The notes: generated from the letters alone by a model not told the origin. A DNA stretch of 64,000 bases from Phyllobates terribilis (GCF_046119375.1 NW_027362769.1:367660001-367724000); one strand, 5' to 3'. Positions 17,302-30,400 are shown, numbered from the stretch's first letter. Made by a program: numbers and translations.

Positions 17302-18233
17302 GGCTGTGTGCCCACTATGCGTTTTTTAAGCGTTTCTGCAGTGGCAATTCCGCCGCGGAAACACTTAAAAAACGCTTGGTAGAAGGTCTGCCATGGTCCC
17401 CAATGATAATCCGCATATGCTGCGGAAATTTCAGTTGCGGATTATCACTGCGGAAAAATCCGCAGCATATCCATTAATTTTGCAGAAACGCGGCGTAATT
17501 GCCGCCATTGACTTGCATTGAATCGCATAATATCCGCATGACTACATGTGCACATGCGGATATTAAGCAATTCAATACGCAGATGGTACCTGGGTCTGGA
17601 GAAGAGGAGACCCTCCTTCAGACCCGGGTACCATAGTACCTGTAGTTAAAAAAGAATTAAAATAAATAAAATATTATACTCACCTTCTGATGGCTCCCGG
17701 TCTCCTGTACGGTGTCTACGGTGGCTCACGGTGGTGGAAAAGGACCTTCCATGACGTCATTTAGTCATGTGACAGGAAACGCGACCGCTGACGTCGGCGG
17801 TCGCGTGACTTGACACATGACTAAATGACGTCATGGAAGGTCCTTTTACACCACCGTGAATCGTCGAAGACACCGGACACACCGTACAGGAGACCGGGGG
17901 CCATCGGAAGGTGAGTATAATGTTGTTTGGTTTTTTTTTCACCATTTTATTCTTTTTTTTACTATTGATGCTGCATTGGCAGCATCGTAACTTGGTCACA
18001 CTATATAAATCCATGCCGGTTGCATGGATTTATATAGTGTGACCAAATTGTCAAGCACTTTTCCAAGTGATGCTAAAATCGCTTGGAAAAGCGCTTTACA
18101 ACCCGCATGCGGAAATGCATGTGAAGAACGCTTCTACCGGGCAGGAAAAACGCATGTAAAATCCGCATGGGTTTTTCCTTCCAGGGAGATGCTGAAAAAA
18201 TCCAGAGCATTTCTGCTTCGTGGGCGCTTAGCC
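17302..18233 (-). mobile_element. PIF/Harbinger-like MITE, copy 2 (inverted relative to copy 1)
   Basis: TTA target duplication at 17299-17301 and 18234-18236. TIR ggctgtgtgcccac / gtgggcgcttagcc. Confidence 0.85.
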
Positions 18234-19958
18234 TTAGTGTTTTTGTCTTTTGGAGAGGTTACCGCTCTACCTCATTGTCGGTAAAACTAAGGCTTCATTC
18301 AGACATCCTTTTTTTTTACCTGTTACATCTGTGTTTTTCACGGATAGAACACATACCCTTTATAGTCTATGGGGCTGTTCACACTTTTTTTGGCAGAAAA
18401 TTAGTCAGGTGACAGGTCTGTTTGTGATCAAAGTCACCCATACAAGTCTACGGGTCCTTAAAAATCACGGACAGCACAGGGATGCCATTTGTGTGCTATC
18501 CATGGTTTTCATGGACCGATAGACTTGTATTGGTGATTTTCATCCGTGACGCTGATGAAAAAAGTACAGGGGTATGTATTCAATCTATGAAAACCACGGA
18601 TAGAACACGTACTTGAAAAATGAACATCTGAACGAGGCCTTAGGTAAAGTTTGATGGGCGCATCTACTAATAGGAGAAGAAATCACAGAGAAAACATCGG
18701 TGGCTCACGGTGGACACTATTGACTTGACCTCCTTTTAACATGGTCGGCAGGTTCTGTCGAGATGCAAGTAAATCGAAAGCTAGACCCCTTATTGCGTAT
18801 GTGAACGGAGACTTAAGCTAGATCTAAACGTTAAGTGTACGTTGGCCGAACCTGCCGTTTTTGGTGGGAATTGCTGACTGGCTAATGTATGTAGGGGCCT
18901 TCTGACGCTCCCTCGATGGCAGATGTTGGAGGAGATGAGACTTCAGAACTGCCTGATCTTTTGTCTTAAGGTATGTAAGCCTCTGCAAGAGGGGTCTGCT
19001 TATTCCTCAGCCTACTGAGAAAGCATGCATACTCAACCGAGCATGTATGGGGGAGTCAAGAGGAATAGGTACAGGCCAACTGAGTTATCAGCTGATGACT
19101 ACCTAACGTATATGACCAGGCTTTGCAAAAGCCAAGGAATCTGGGAAGCAAGACTCCAATGGTTAATGGTTGGCTGAGATTAAAAAAACATGGCCGCAGT
19201 CTACCAGAAACAGCGCCACCCTTGTCCATGGGCTGTGTATGGTATGGCAGCTCAGCTCAAATAAAAAGAGTAGGACTATGCTGCAATATCTAATGAGACC
19301 TATAGACAAGAGTAAAAAAAAATACAGAAAGTAAAGCTGCCAAGTTTTTCTAATACAGGAAACTTTTCTCCTAAGTAAAGGGGTTGTCCCGTCTAAAATG
19401 AAAACTTGTGAGTGACTTTAGACTTTTCAAAAGCCCCTTTAAAAAAAAAAAATCCTTTTTTTTTTTTCTATTTTCAACTTCGTCAGTTTCTTAATTTTAC
19501 TCTTTATTAGCTCTGACCTCCCCAATATCCCGCACGCCTCCTCCTGTCATTCAGGCCCAGGGTTTCTCGCACTTTTCTTGGTCTAGAAACAGGAAATCCT
19601 CCTCCTCCAGCATGGTGGGAATAGGAAGGTGATTACTGATGGGAAGCGATTGTGCGTACGTGCTTTCGTGTTCAGCCATCGATGCGATCCAGTACATAAA
19701 CACTCATCACTCCATCTACTAAACATCCCGGACAGCGATACGAGGTCACCAGATAACGGACTGGACATATATCAGTATACATTTATATACATCCTGTCTA
19801 TGGGACAGAATTAACATGGCCACTGATCACAGAATATCCGCAGCACATCGACTTATCTACGCAGATCTGCCAACTTAAAAGTCATAATGGCAGCCACATC
19901 ATTATTTTATGGTATGTGATAACTTTTATCAAACTTTTTCTTACTTTTTTTATTGCAG

Positions 19959-20136
19959 TGAAACAGTATGGGAGAACATGGCACGCATGTGCGTCAAGAC
20001 AAGAAGACTGGATGTGGCCAAAGTGTGCCTGGGAAAAATGGGCCACGCCAGGGGTGCCAGAGCCTTGCGGGAGGCCGAGCGAGAGCCCGAGATAGAAGCC
20101 CGGGTGGCCATGTTGGCTGTACAGCTTGGGATGCTG
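19959..20136 (+). CDS. IFT140: IFT140 exon (approx. human exon 20), 178 bp
   Basis: [59 protein letters not shown]. Boundaries ag/gtgggt. Confidence 0.97.
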
Positions 20137-20539
20137 GTGGGTAACATCCGTGTACTTAATGTCGGGTGATTACAAATATATTGGAAATGGGAACGCAGGT
20201 TAACCCCTTTCTGCTGCAGCCAATTTTTGTTTCTGTGCTTTTGTTTTTTCCTCCTTTTCTTCCAAGAGCTATAACTTTTTTTTTTCATGTTTCCATCAAC
20301 CTATTTGTATGGGGGCTTGTTTTTTGTTTTGTACTTTTGAATGTCAACATTAATTTTACCATACTAAAAAAATGGGGAAAAAATTCAAATCAGGGTAAAT
20401 GGTGAAAAAACACAATTCCCCCATTTTTTGGGAGGGAGGGGGGTTATTTTTACTGTGCAGTAAAAATGACCCGGCACCATAATTTTTCAGGTGAGTATGA
20501 TTGCAGCAATGACAATCTTGTAACATTTTTATAATATAT

Positions 20540-21205
20540 ATTGAGCACATCTGGGACATCATGTCTCGCTCCATCCACCAACGTCACGTTGCACCACAGA
20601 CTGTCCAGGAGTTGGCAGATGCTTTAGTCCAGGTCTGGAAGGAGATCCCACAGGAGACCATCCGCAACCTCATCAGGAGCATGCCCAGGCGTTGTAGGGA
20701 GGTCATACAGGCACGTGGAGGCCACACACAATACTCAGCCTCATCAGGAGCATGCCCAGGCGTTGTAGGGAGGTCATACAGGCACGTGGAGGCCACACAC
20801 AATACTCAGCCTCATCAGGAGCATGCCCAGGCATTGTAGGGAGGTCATACAGGCACGTGGAGGCCACACACAATACTCAGCCTCATCAGGAGCATGCTCA
20901 GGCGTTGTAGGGAGGTTATACAGGCACGTGGAGGCTACACACAATACTGAGCCTCATTTTGACTTATTTTAAGGTCATTACATCAAAGTTGGATCAGCCT
21001 GTAGTGTGTTTTTCCACTTTAATTTTGGGGGTGACTCCAAATCCAGGCCTCCATTGGTTAATAAATTTGATTTCCATTGATGATTTTTGTGTGATTTTGT
21101 TGTCAGCACATTCAACTTTGTACAGAACAAAGTATTCAATGAGAATATTTCATTCATTCAGATCTAGGATGGGTTATTTCAGTGTTCCCTTTATTTTTTG
21201 AGCTA
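20540..21205 (+). mobile_element. Tc1 3' fragment containing a 4x 71-bp tandem amplification of the transposase C-terminus
   Basis: ORF 20561-20839 ...APQTVQELADALVQVWKEIPQETIRNLIRSMPRRCREVIQARGGHTQY. Right end cagtgttccctttattttttgagc. Confidence 0.88.
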
Positions 21206-21587
21206 TGTATACATATATATATATATGTATATGTGTGTGTGTATATATATATAGATATATATATATATATATATATATAATATTGGCGCGAAATTTAAAA
21301 CCCCTCTTGCTCGCAGAGGAAGTACCCGCACAGGCAGCGCGGCTCCCCGGTCCTCACTAATACGGTTCGCTGATTGGTCCCAGCCGCGACCAATCAGCGA
21401 TTTTGGCGCCAAATTTAAACACGTTCTCCGGTCCTCACTAACACGGTTTGCTGATTGGTCGCAGCCCCTGGCCGCGACCAATCAGCGATATTGCCGCCAA
21501 ATTTAAACACCGCTTTGCTGATTGCGCCCGGTCAGCCGCATACATATTCTAGAATACCCGATGCATTAGAATCGGGCCACCATCTAG
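21206..21587 (+). mobile_element. Non-autonomous Helitron-like element with an (AT)n tract
   Basis: 3' hairpin cccgat-gcattaga-atcggg (21557-21576) followed by catCTAG (to 21587). Internal ~60-bp repeats carry ctgattgg/ccaatcag. Confidence 0.65.
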
Positions 21588-21968
21588 GTATATATATGGT
21601 GAACAAAATATGACAGTTGAAAAAAAAATTGGCTTGTGCCACCATTTTTTGAGGTTCGGAACATTTTCTTTTTCTGTTGATTGAGCTTTGTGAGAGCTTG
21701 TTTTTAGCCTGGCAAATTGATGTTTTCATTAATATGATTTTGGTGTTCTTATTGCTTTTTATTGCAAATTTTTAGAGAGCTGTGGTAACCCCCAAAAAAC
21801 CAAAATTTTTGCTTTACATTTTTTATTTATTATCGCAATTACCATACAAGTCAATTAATTTTATATTGTGCTAAACTGGACTTTTGCGGATTTGGCCACA
21901 AAGCTAGATCATGTAGGTATGGATAGGTGGATGTATTCTGCATGTATAATATCTGTTCCCTTTTGCAG

Positions 21969-22159
21969 GAAGACGCGGAACAGCTATACAAAACCTGCAA
22001 ACGTTACGATCTTCTCAATAAACTGTACCAGGCCTGGGGTCAGTGGCAGAAAGCTATTGAAACTGCGGAAAACCATGACCGAGTCCACCTGAGGACCACC
22101 TATTATCACTATGCCAAGCACCAGGAGGCCATGGGGGACCGTAATGTATCGCTCAGCTA
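21969..22159 (+). CDS. IFT140: IFT140 exon (approx. 21), 191 bp
   Basis: [50 protein letters not shown]... Boundaries ag/gtaagt. Confidence 0.97.
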
Positions 22160-22252
22160 GTAAGTTCACTGATGATGTTTAATGGGAAAGCGATTGGCAC
22201 TGAAGCCCCTGTGAAGAACCCATCACTGAACTAATCTTATTGCACTCCGTAG

Positions 22253-22348
22253 CTTTGAGAAGTCGGACACCCATCGTTTTGAGGTTCCCAGGATGCTCCT
22301 CGATAACCCTCAGACCTTGGAGAACTACATTAATAACAAGAAAGACAA
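22253..22348 (+). CDS. IFT140: IFT140 exon (approx. 22), 96 bp
   Basis: [31 protein letters not shown]. Boundaries ag/gtaag, phase consistent with neighbours. Confidence 0.96.
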
Positions 22349-23214
22349 GTAAGAACCTCCTGTGTGGAGGACAATATCAAAAATACTTAAATTGGTGCAT
22401 TTGGGGTCTAGACACACACTTTATAGGGAGTAGCTTTCATTGCAGATTACATTACATTCATTTGCAATATACACTGATCGGCCATAATATAGCAGGTCCC
22501 AGTGTCACCAAAACCTCTGTAACGCCGAGACATACACTCCACAATGCCTTTGAAGGTGTCCTGCAATATCTGGCACTAAGAAACTGGCAGCAAATCCTTT
22601 ACATCCTGTACATTGATGAGTGCGGCCTCCACGGATCAGACTTCAGCACATCCAACAGATGATCGATTCGATTGGAGAATTTGGAGACAAATCACATTGA
22701 TTTCTGTCACATTCCTGATCAGTGGCAGAGGTATTATCCTGCTGAAAGAGGCCTTACCCTTACCAAATCCCACTGCCATAAATGGGTTAAATGGGTCTAC
22801 AAAGTTTAGATAGGTAGTACTGTATATGTTACATCCACATAATGCCATCAACTAAGGATCCCAGCAGAACATTGCCCAATCACACTGCCTCCGCCAGCTT
22901 GTCTTCTTCTCATGGTGTCATCTCCTCCCCAAGTAAGAGACACACGTGCACCCGGCCGTCATGAGACGAGACCGCCTTGTACCTATTGCTCGATCCTCCA
23001 GATATAATGCTCCAGTGTATATTGTAGTCTCTCTTGCTGGTAAACATAGGTCATCATAGCACTCTGACTGTCTGCAGCTACACAGCCCTACACATGGGAA
23101 GCTGCGATGCTCTGTGGGCAGTGACATCTTTCTAGTAGTAAGGTGTAACTTTGTAAGCAATTTGTAGCCCAGTAGCTCTTCTGTGGGATCAGACTAGGTG
23201 ATCTATTTGCCAAC

Positions 23215-24110
23215 ACACTACAAGACCTGCCATATACAGGAAACACCCCCCCCCCCAAGAAGGGTCATATACCAGCAACACACCACAACACCTGCTGTAT
23301 GCTGGGAACTACCCATTCTCCTGTTTCTTCCCACACTCCAAAGATATACTGATAGGGAATCTAGATTGTGAGCCCCAATGGGGACAGTAATGATATATTC
23401 TGTGAAGCGCTATGGAATTAATGACGCTATATAAGTGAGTAAAATAAATAAAAAATAAGGCCTGTCATATACCGGAAACACCCCACAAGACCTGCCGTAT
23501 ACAGGGAACACCCCACAAGACCTGCCGTATACAGGGAACACCTCACAAGACCTGCCGTATACAGGGAACACCCCACAAGACCTGCCGTATACTGGTAACA
23601 CCCCACAAGACCTGCCGTATACAGGGAACACCCCATAAGACCTGCCGTATACTGGGAACACCCCGCAAGACCTGCCGTATACAGGGAACACTACACAAGA
23701 TCTGCCGTATACTGGAAACCCCCCCTCAAGACCCGCTGTATACAGGGAACACTCCACAAGACCTGCCGTATACAGGGAACACTACAAAAGACCTGCCATA
23801 TACTGGGAACACCCACACAAGACCTGCCGTATACAGGGAACACCCCATAAGACCTGCCGTATACTGGGAACACCCCGCAAGACCCGCTGTATACAGGGAA
23901 CACTCCACAAGACCTGCCGTATACAGGGAACACTACAAAAGACCTGCCATATACTGGGAACACCCACACAAGACCTGCCGTATACTGGGAACAGCCCGCA
24001 AGACCTGCCGAATGCTAAGAACACCCGACAAGACCTGCCGTATACTTGGAATACTGCACAAGACGTGGTATGCCAGGAACACCACAGAAAACCTGCAATA
24101 TACCGCAAAC
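23215..24110. repeat. Minisatellite, ~30-bp unit (acaagacctgccgtatacagggaacacccc)
   Basis: Directly visible. It accounts for the VFPVYGRSCG ORFs. Interrupted at ~23310-23455. Confidence 0.95.
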
Positions 24111-24650
24111 ACCACTTAGGCTACAACTAAAGATACCACGTGTATCCGAAATGCGTCAGCTGGAATCTCTCCTGTCCATGTGTGTTCTGTGCAGGCTTTT
24201 AATTAAGGAATAAAGCTCATCTTTTACTCCCCCGAGTGCCGGACACGTAATCTCTTGCTATATATCTGTCATTATATTCACTCTTTGGGATGGATGTGAT
24301 GTATTTTTCTTTTTGGTCCATTTGATCAATTACTTTAGAGAACACCAAAACTCAACTTTTGGAGAGTTTCTAAAGATCTAACTCCTCCGTGTGTACCCTC
24401 ACTACTATTATTGTATGTTACCGGAGATGACATCCAGCCTTGAAAATTGTGGGGTCTCCTAATTCACACATTAAACTATACCATCCACTGACATGAAAGG
24501 GTCCCAGTACCTTGTAAATTACATATGTTACAAGTGATCATGTATTTCTGCTATTGCTGGTTGGACACTGCTTAGCGTTGGCTTTGTACTGGTAGCGGGA
24601 TACAAAATCTGCATTAATATTTTACGTCTTTTCTTGTCGTCCCCATACAG

Positions 24651-24783
24651 AATCCTCTGGAAATGGTGGGCTCAGTACCTGGAGAGCCAGTCAGACCTGG
24701 ACACTGCGCTGAAATATTATGAGCTGGCACAAGACTACCTGTCTCTGGTGCGAGTCCATTGCTTCCTGCGCAACATTCAGAAG
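24651..24783 (+). CDS. IFT140: IFT140 exon (approx. 23), 133 bp
   Basis: [44 protein letters not shown]. Boundaries ag/gtatgg. Confidence 0.97.
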
Positions 24784-24822
24784 GTATGGGTTTATGTGTA
24801 TGTATATGTGTGTGTATATATA

Positions 24823-27244
24823 CAGTACAGACCAAAAGTTTGGACACACCTTCTCATTTAAATATTTTTCTGTATTTTCATGACTATGAGAATTGTACAT
24901 TCACACTGAAGGCATCAAAACTAGGAATTAACACATGTGGAATTATATACTTAACAAAAAAGTGTGAAACAACTGAAAATATGTCTTATATTCTAGGTTC
25001 TTCAAAGTAGCCACCTTTTGCTTTGATGACTGCTTTGCACACTCTTGGCATTCTCTTGATGAGCTTCAAGAGGGAGTCACCAGAAATGGTTTTCCAACAA
25101 TCTTGAAGGAGTTCCCAGAGATGCTTAGCACTTGTTGGCCCTTTTTCCTTCACTCTGTGGTCCAGCTCACCCCAAACCATCTCGATTCTGTTCAGGTCTG
25201 GTGACTGTGGAGGCCAGGTCATCTGGCGTAGCACCCAATCACTCTCCTTCTTGGTCAAATAGCCCTTACACAGCCTGGAGGTGTGTTTGGGGTCATTGTC
25301 CTGTTGAAAAATAAAAGATGGTCCAACTAAACACAAACCGGATCGAATAGCATGCCGCTGCAAGATGCTGTGGTAGCCATGCTGGTTCAGTATGCCTTCA
25401 ATTTTGAATAAATCCCCAACAGTGTCACCAGCAAAGCACCCCCACACCATCACATCTCCTCCTCCGTGCTTCACGGTGGGAACCAGGCATGTAGAGTCCA
25501 TCCGTTCACCTTTTCTGCGTTGCACAAAGACACGGTGGTTGGAACCAAAGATCTCACATTTAGACTAATCAGACCAAAGCACAGATTTCCACTGGTCCAA
25601 TGTCCATTCCTTGTGTTCTTTAGCCCAAACAAGTCTCTTCTGCTTGTTGCCTGTCCTTAGCAGTGGTTTCCTAGCAGCTATTTTACCATGAAGGCCTGCT
25701 GCGCAAAGTCTCCTCTTAACAGTTGTTGTAGAGCTGTGTCTGCTGCTAGAACTCTGTGTGGCATTGACCTGGTCTCTAATCTGAGCTGCTGTTAACCTGC
25801 GATTTCTGAGGCTGGTGACTCGGATAAACTTATCCTCAGAAGCAGAGGTGACTCTTGGTCTTCCTTTCCTGGGGCGGTCCTCATGTGAGCCAGTTTCTTT
25901 GTAGCGCTTGATGGTTTTTGCAACTGCACTTGGGGACACTTTCAAAGTTTGCCCAATTTTTCGGACTGACTGACCTTCATTTCTTAAAGTAATGATGGCC
26001 ACTTGTTTTTCTTTACTTAGCTGCTTTTTTCTTGCCATAATACAAATTCTAAGTAAAGAAAAACGAGTGGCCGTCATTACTTTAAGAAATGAAGGTCAGT
26101 CAGTCCGAAAAATTGGGAAAACTTTGAAAGTGTCCCCAAGTGCAGTTGCAAAAACCATCAAGCGCTACAAAGAAACTGGCTCACATGAGGACCGCCCCAG
26201 GAAAGGAAGACCAAGAGTCACCTCTGCTTCTGAGGATAAGTTTATCCGAGTCACCAGCCTCAGAAATCGCAGGTTAACAGCAGCTCAGATTAGAGACCAG
26301 GTCAATGCCACACAGAGTTCTAGCAGCAGACACATCTCTTCAACAACTGTTAAGAGGAGACTTTGTGCAGCAGGCCTTCATGGTAAAATAGCTGCTAGGA
26401 AACCACTGCTAAGGACAGGCAACAAGCAGAAGAGACTTGTTTTGGCTAAAGAACACAAGGAATGGACATTGGACCAGTGGAAATCTGTGCTTTGGTCTGA
26501 TTAGTCCAAATGTGAGATCTTTGGTTCCAACCACCGTGTCTTTGTGCGACGCAGAAAAGGTGAACGGATGGACTCTACATGCCTGGTTCCCACCGTGAAG
26601 CATGGAGGAGGAGGTGTGATGGTGTGGGGGTGCTTTGCTGGTGACACTGTTGGGGATTTATTCAAAATTGAAGGCATACTGAACCAGCATGGCTACCACA
26701 GCATCTTGCAGCGGCATGCTATTCCATCCGGTTTGCATTTAGTTGGACGATCATTTATTTTTCAACAGGACAATGACCCCAAACACCTCCAGGCTGTGTA
26801 AGGGCTATTTGACCAAGAGGAAGAGTGATGGGGTGCTACGCCAGATGACCTGGCCTCCACAGTCACCAGACCTGAACCCAATCGAGATGGTTTGGGGTGA
26901 GCTGGACCGCAGAGTGAAGGCAAAAGGGCCAACAAGTGCTAAGCATCTCTGGGAACTCCTTCAAGATTGTTGGAAGACCATTTCCGGTGACTACCTCTTG
27001 AAGTTGATCAAAAGAATGCCAAGAGTGTGCAAAGCAGTCATCAAAGCAAAAGGTGGCTACTTTGAAGAACCTAGAATATATGACATATTTTCAGTTGTTT
27101 CACACTTTTTTGTTAAGTATATAATTCCACATGTGTTAATTCCTAGTTTTGATGCCTTCAGTGTGAATGTACAATTCTCATAGTCATGAAAATACAGAAA
27201 AATCTTTAAATGAGAAGGTGTGTCCAAACTTTTGGTTTGTACTA
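24823..27244. mobile_element. Fold-back (palindromic) Tc1 derivative: two inverted ~1.2-kb transposase arms around a 28-nt loop
   Basis: ORFs 25565-26077(-) and 25992-26504(+) are mirror images, as are 24986-25525(-) and 26544-27183(+). Outer TIRs cagtacagaccaaaagtttggacac. Confidence 0.95.
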
Positions 27245-27420
27245 TGTATATATATATATTCTTTTTGTTGTTTGCAATATACAGTATAGATATATATATT
27301 TTTTTCTTTTTTTAAATAATCACATCTTCCCCTTTACCCCACTTTAAAAAGAAATGATAAAAAAAAGCATTTAACTATAAAGTTATTCAAGCAATTCATA
27401 AAACAATAAAATTTAAAAAA

Positions 27421-30400
27421 AAGGAGATTTTTGTGTACTCGCCGTAAAATCTCTTTCTCTTAGCCTCTAATTGGGGGACACAGGACCATGGGTGTTATGC
27501 TACTGTCCACTAGGAGGCGACACTATGCATAATCTGAAAAAGATTAACCGTGGCTCCTCCTCTGCAGTATACACCCCTGGACGGCATCAGCCTTCTCCAG
27601 TTTTGTACAAAAGCATTATGAGGAACGTAACATGGATAACATAACCATGCCTATAAGAAGGCAACTATGTACGAGCTAAAAAAAAAAAAACAATATGAGA
27701 ACTCAACATAATAACGGCCCGGAACGGGCGACAGGGTGGGAGCTGTGTCCCCCAATTACAGGCTAAGAGAAAGAGAGATTTTACGGTGAGTACACAAAAA
27801 TCTCCTTTACTCTGTCGCCTCATTGGGGGACACAGGACCATGGGACGTCCCAAAGCAGTCACTGGGTGGGAAGCAATGGACGAATATTGTGTAGACGGGC
27901 CCCTACAATTGGGGTACCGCCGCCTGCAGAACACGTCTGCCCAGGCTCGCGTCTTCTGAGGACTGGGTATGAACTCTGTAGTGTTTTGTAAACATGTGTA
28001 GGCTAGTCCAGGTGGCTGCCTTACACACTTGTGCCGAAGCCTGGTGCCTAATGGCCCAGGAGGCCCCTACAGCACGTGTAGAGTGTGCCGTAATACCTGC
28101 TGGAAGAGGAGAATTTTTGAGGCGGTAGGCCTCTTGTATGGTGGATTTGATCCACCTGGCAAGGGTAGCTTTGGAAGCTGGCAGACCCTTGCGGCCCCCT
28201 TCCAGAAGAAGGAAAAGAGAACCAGACTTCCGGAAGGGCGCAGTCCTAGACACATAGATACGCAATGCCCTGGCAAGGTCAAGCGTATGCAGAGCCTTCT
28301 CCACTCTATGAACCGGGACCGGACAGAGGGATGGCAGTGAAATTTCCTCATTGAGGTGGAAGTTGGACACAACCTTCGGAAGGAAGGATGGGACCGTACG
28401 GAGAACTACCTTGTCCTGGTAAAAAGCCTGTGAGCTGTACGATGTCGGCGTACCATCTACGTCTGGGCCAGTCCGGTGCGATTAGGATGGTTGGAACTCC
28501 CTCTTGCTTGATCTTCCTCACCACTCTGAATATCAGTGGGAGAGGTGGAAAAATGTACAGGAGCTGAAACTGGGTCCAGTCCTGAACCAGGGCGTCCGCT
28601 CCTACCGCCCGCAGGTCGTGAGTTCTGGCCATGAAGCTGGAGACCTTGGCATTGAAGTGGGATGCCATTAGGTCTACGTCCGGAGTGCCCCAGCGATGGC
28701 AAATCTGTCGAAAAACTTCGGGATGGAGAGACCACTCTCCCGAGTCCATTCCTTGCCGGCTGAGGAAGTCTGCTTCCCAGTTGTCCACACCCGGAATGTG
28801 GACCGCAGAGAGAACCGAACCTGTGTCTTCCGCCCAGTGGAGAATGTGTGTCACTTCTCGCATCGCCTGGGCACTGCGGGTCCCCCCTTGGTGATTCACA
28901 TATGCCACAGCCGTGGCATTGTCCGACTGTACTCTGATGTGAGAGGCTGCTAGTAAGTGATGGAAGGCTCTCAATGCCAGGAGGATGGCACGAATTTCCA
29001 AGATGTTGATGGGCATAGTCACTTCCGCTGGGGACCACTTGCCCTGTGCTCTGTGGTGTAGGTGCACCGCACCCCAACCCGTCAGGCTCGCGTCGGTGGT
29101 CAGAACCTTCCATTGACCCATGAGAAAGGATTTCCCCTTTGTTAGTGAGGCTGGCTTGAGCCACCAGTGCAGGGACCTCCTGGTTGACGACGTCAGCTGG
29201 AACTCCCTGTCGAGAGAAAAAAGGGGTTCCTGTCCCATGACTTGAGGATGGCTAGTTGGAGAGGCCTGAGGTGAAGCTGGGCAAATGGGACTGCTTCTAT
29301 TGCCGCCACCATCCTGCCGAGGACTTTCATGGCAAACCGGAGAGATCAAGGGGGTTTGCTGAGGAGAGTGCGAACTCCTAGACAGAGAGGCAGTGCCTTG
29401 TCCTTGGGCAGGGGCTTCTTGGGGCTCTGGCACAGTAGTCTAGATGCAGTCCTGGCAGTGCGGGTACGTGCTGCCACTTGGGAGAGTATTGCTGCAGGCT
29501 GTACAGAGTGCATAATAGCAGTCCTACCTGGTTCTCTTGGACCTTGAGCCTGGCATAGTGCACTGGGGTGGCTATGCAGAGGGCCCTACAGGGGTGGCTA
29601 TGCAGAGGAACCTGGACTCACAGCCGAGGAAGAACTCCAGGTGTGATCTTATCCCACCGGTGTGCCCCTAGCTCCAGCGCCGAAGATCCACGGTCCTGTG
29701 CCCCCCGGAGACTGGCTGGTCTTCCATTATCCTGCAGCAGATAATGGCCGCTGGAGTAAAGTTAATAAAGTAGGGGGGCGGAGAGCTGAAAAGGGCGGCA
29801 GAACTGTGTGAAATCGCACCCTTTCAGTCTCGATCCGCCCCCTCTATGACACTGTAGTGTCATATTTGTCATCCGGGGGCGGGCCGGGGAGAGGAGGCTA
29901 GGCCGAAGCCGCGGCCTAAATTAGATGCCTGATGCCCAAAGGGACTGCAGTAAGGCGCGGAAGTCCGGGAGGGGGCTGGATCTGAACCGGACCCCCCCCC
30001 CGGATTTTAAGGCACGATAGCGGTGGGGTATAAGCGGAAGGGGGGGCCCTGTGAAGAGTCCCCCTGAGGCACCGTAGAGCTGGTGCTGCTGCAGAAACAG
30101 GGCGCAGGGAGGCCTGTGCCTCTGTTGTGTTCTGCCTGCGCTTCCCCCGGTCCCGACAGGACCCTACAGCAGGGCTGGGGTCCCTGGATTCAGTTGTAGT
30201 GTGCTGGCTGCTAGTAGCTGCTGCCTGTACAGGCCCTACCTGAGGCGTTTCAACCTAATACCCCCAGGGGGGGATTAGGGAGGTGCTGTTGTCACTGTCA
30301 GGGGGCTATATCCTTGCCTCGACCTCAACCCAGAAACCAAAAGGAATTTGGGAAGGAGGGGGGTCTCGACTTCGAACCAGCACCCGAGGGGCTGGGGAAG

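Noticed and set aside
23410-24115. Repetitive VFPVYGRSCG 'proteins'
   Set aside because: These are translations of the 30-bp minisatellite with frequent frameshifts and no splice context.
28348-29433. 361-aa ORF as a novel fusion protein
   Set aside because: Its N-terminal part is an off-frame reading of DIRS gag/RT caused by a deletion and a poly-T frameshift. The rest is ordinary DIRS RNase H plus MT.
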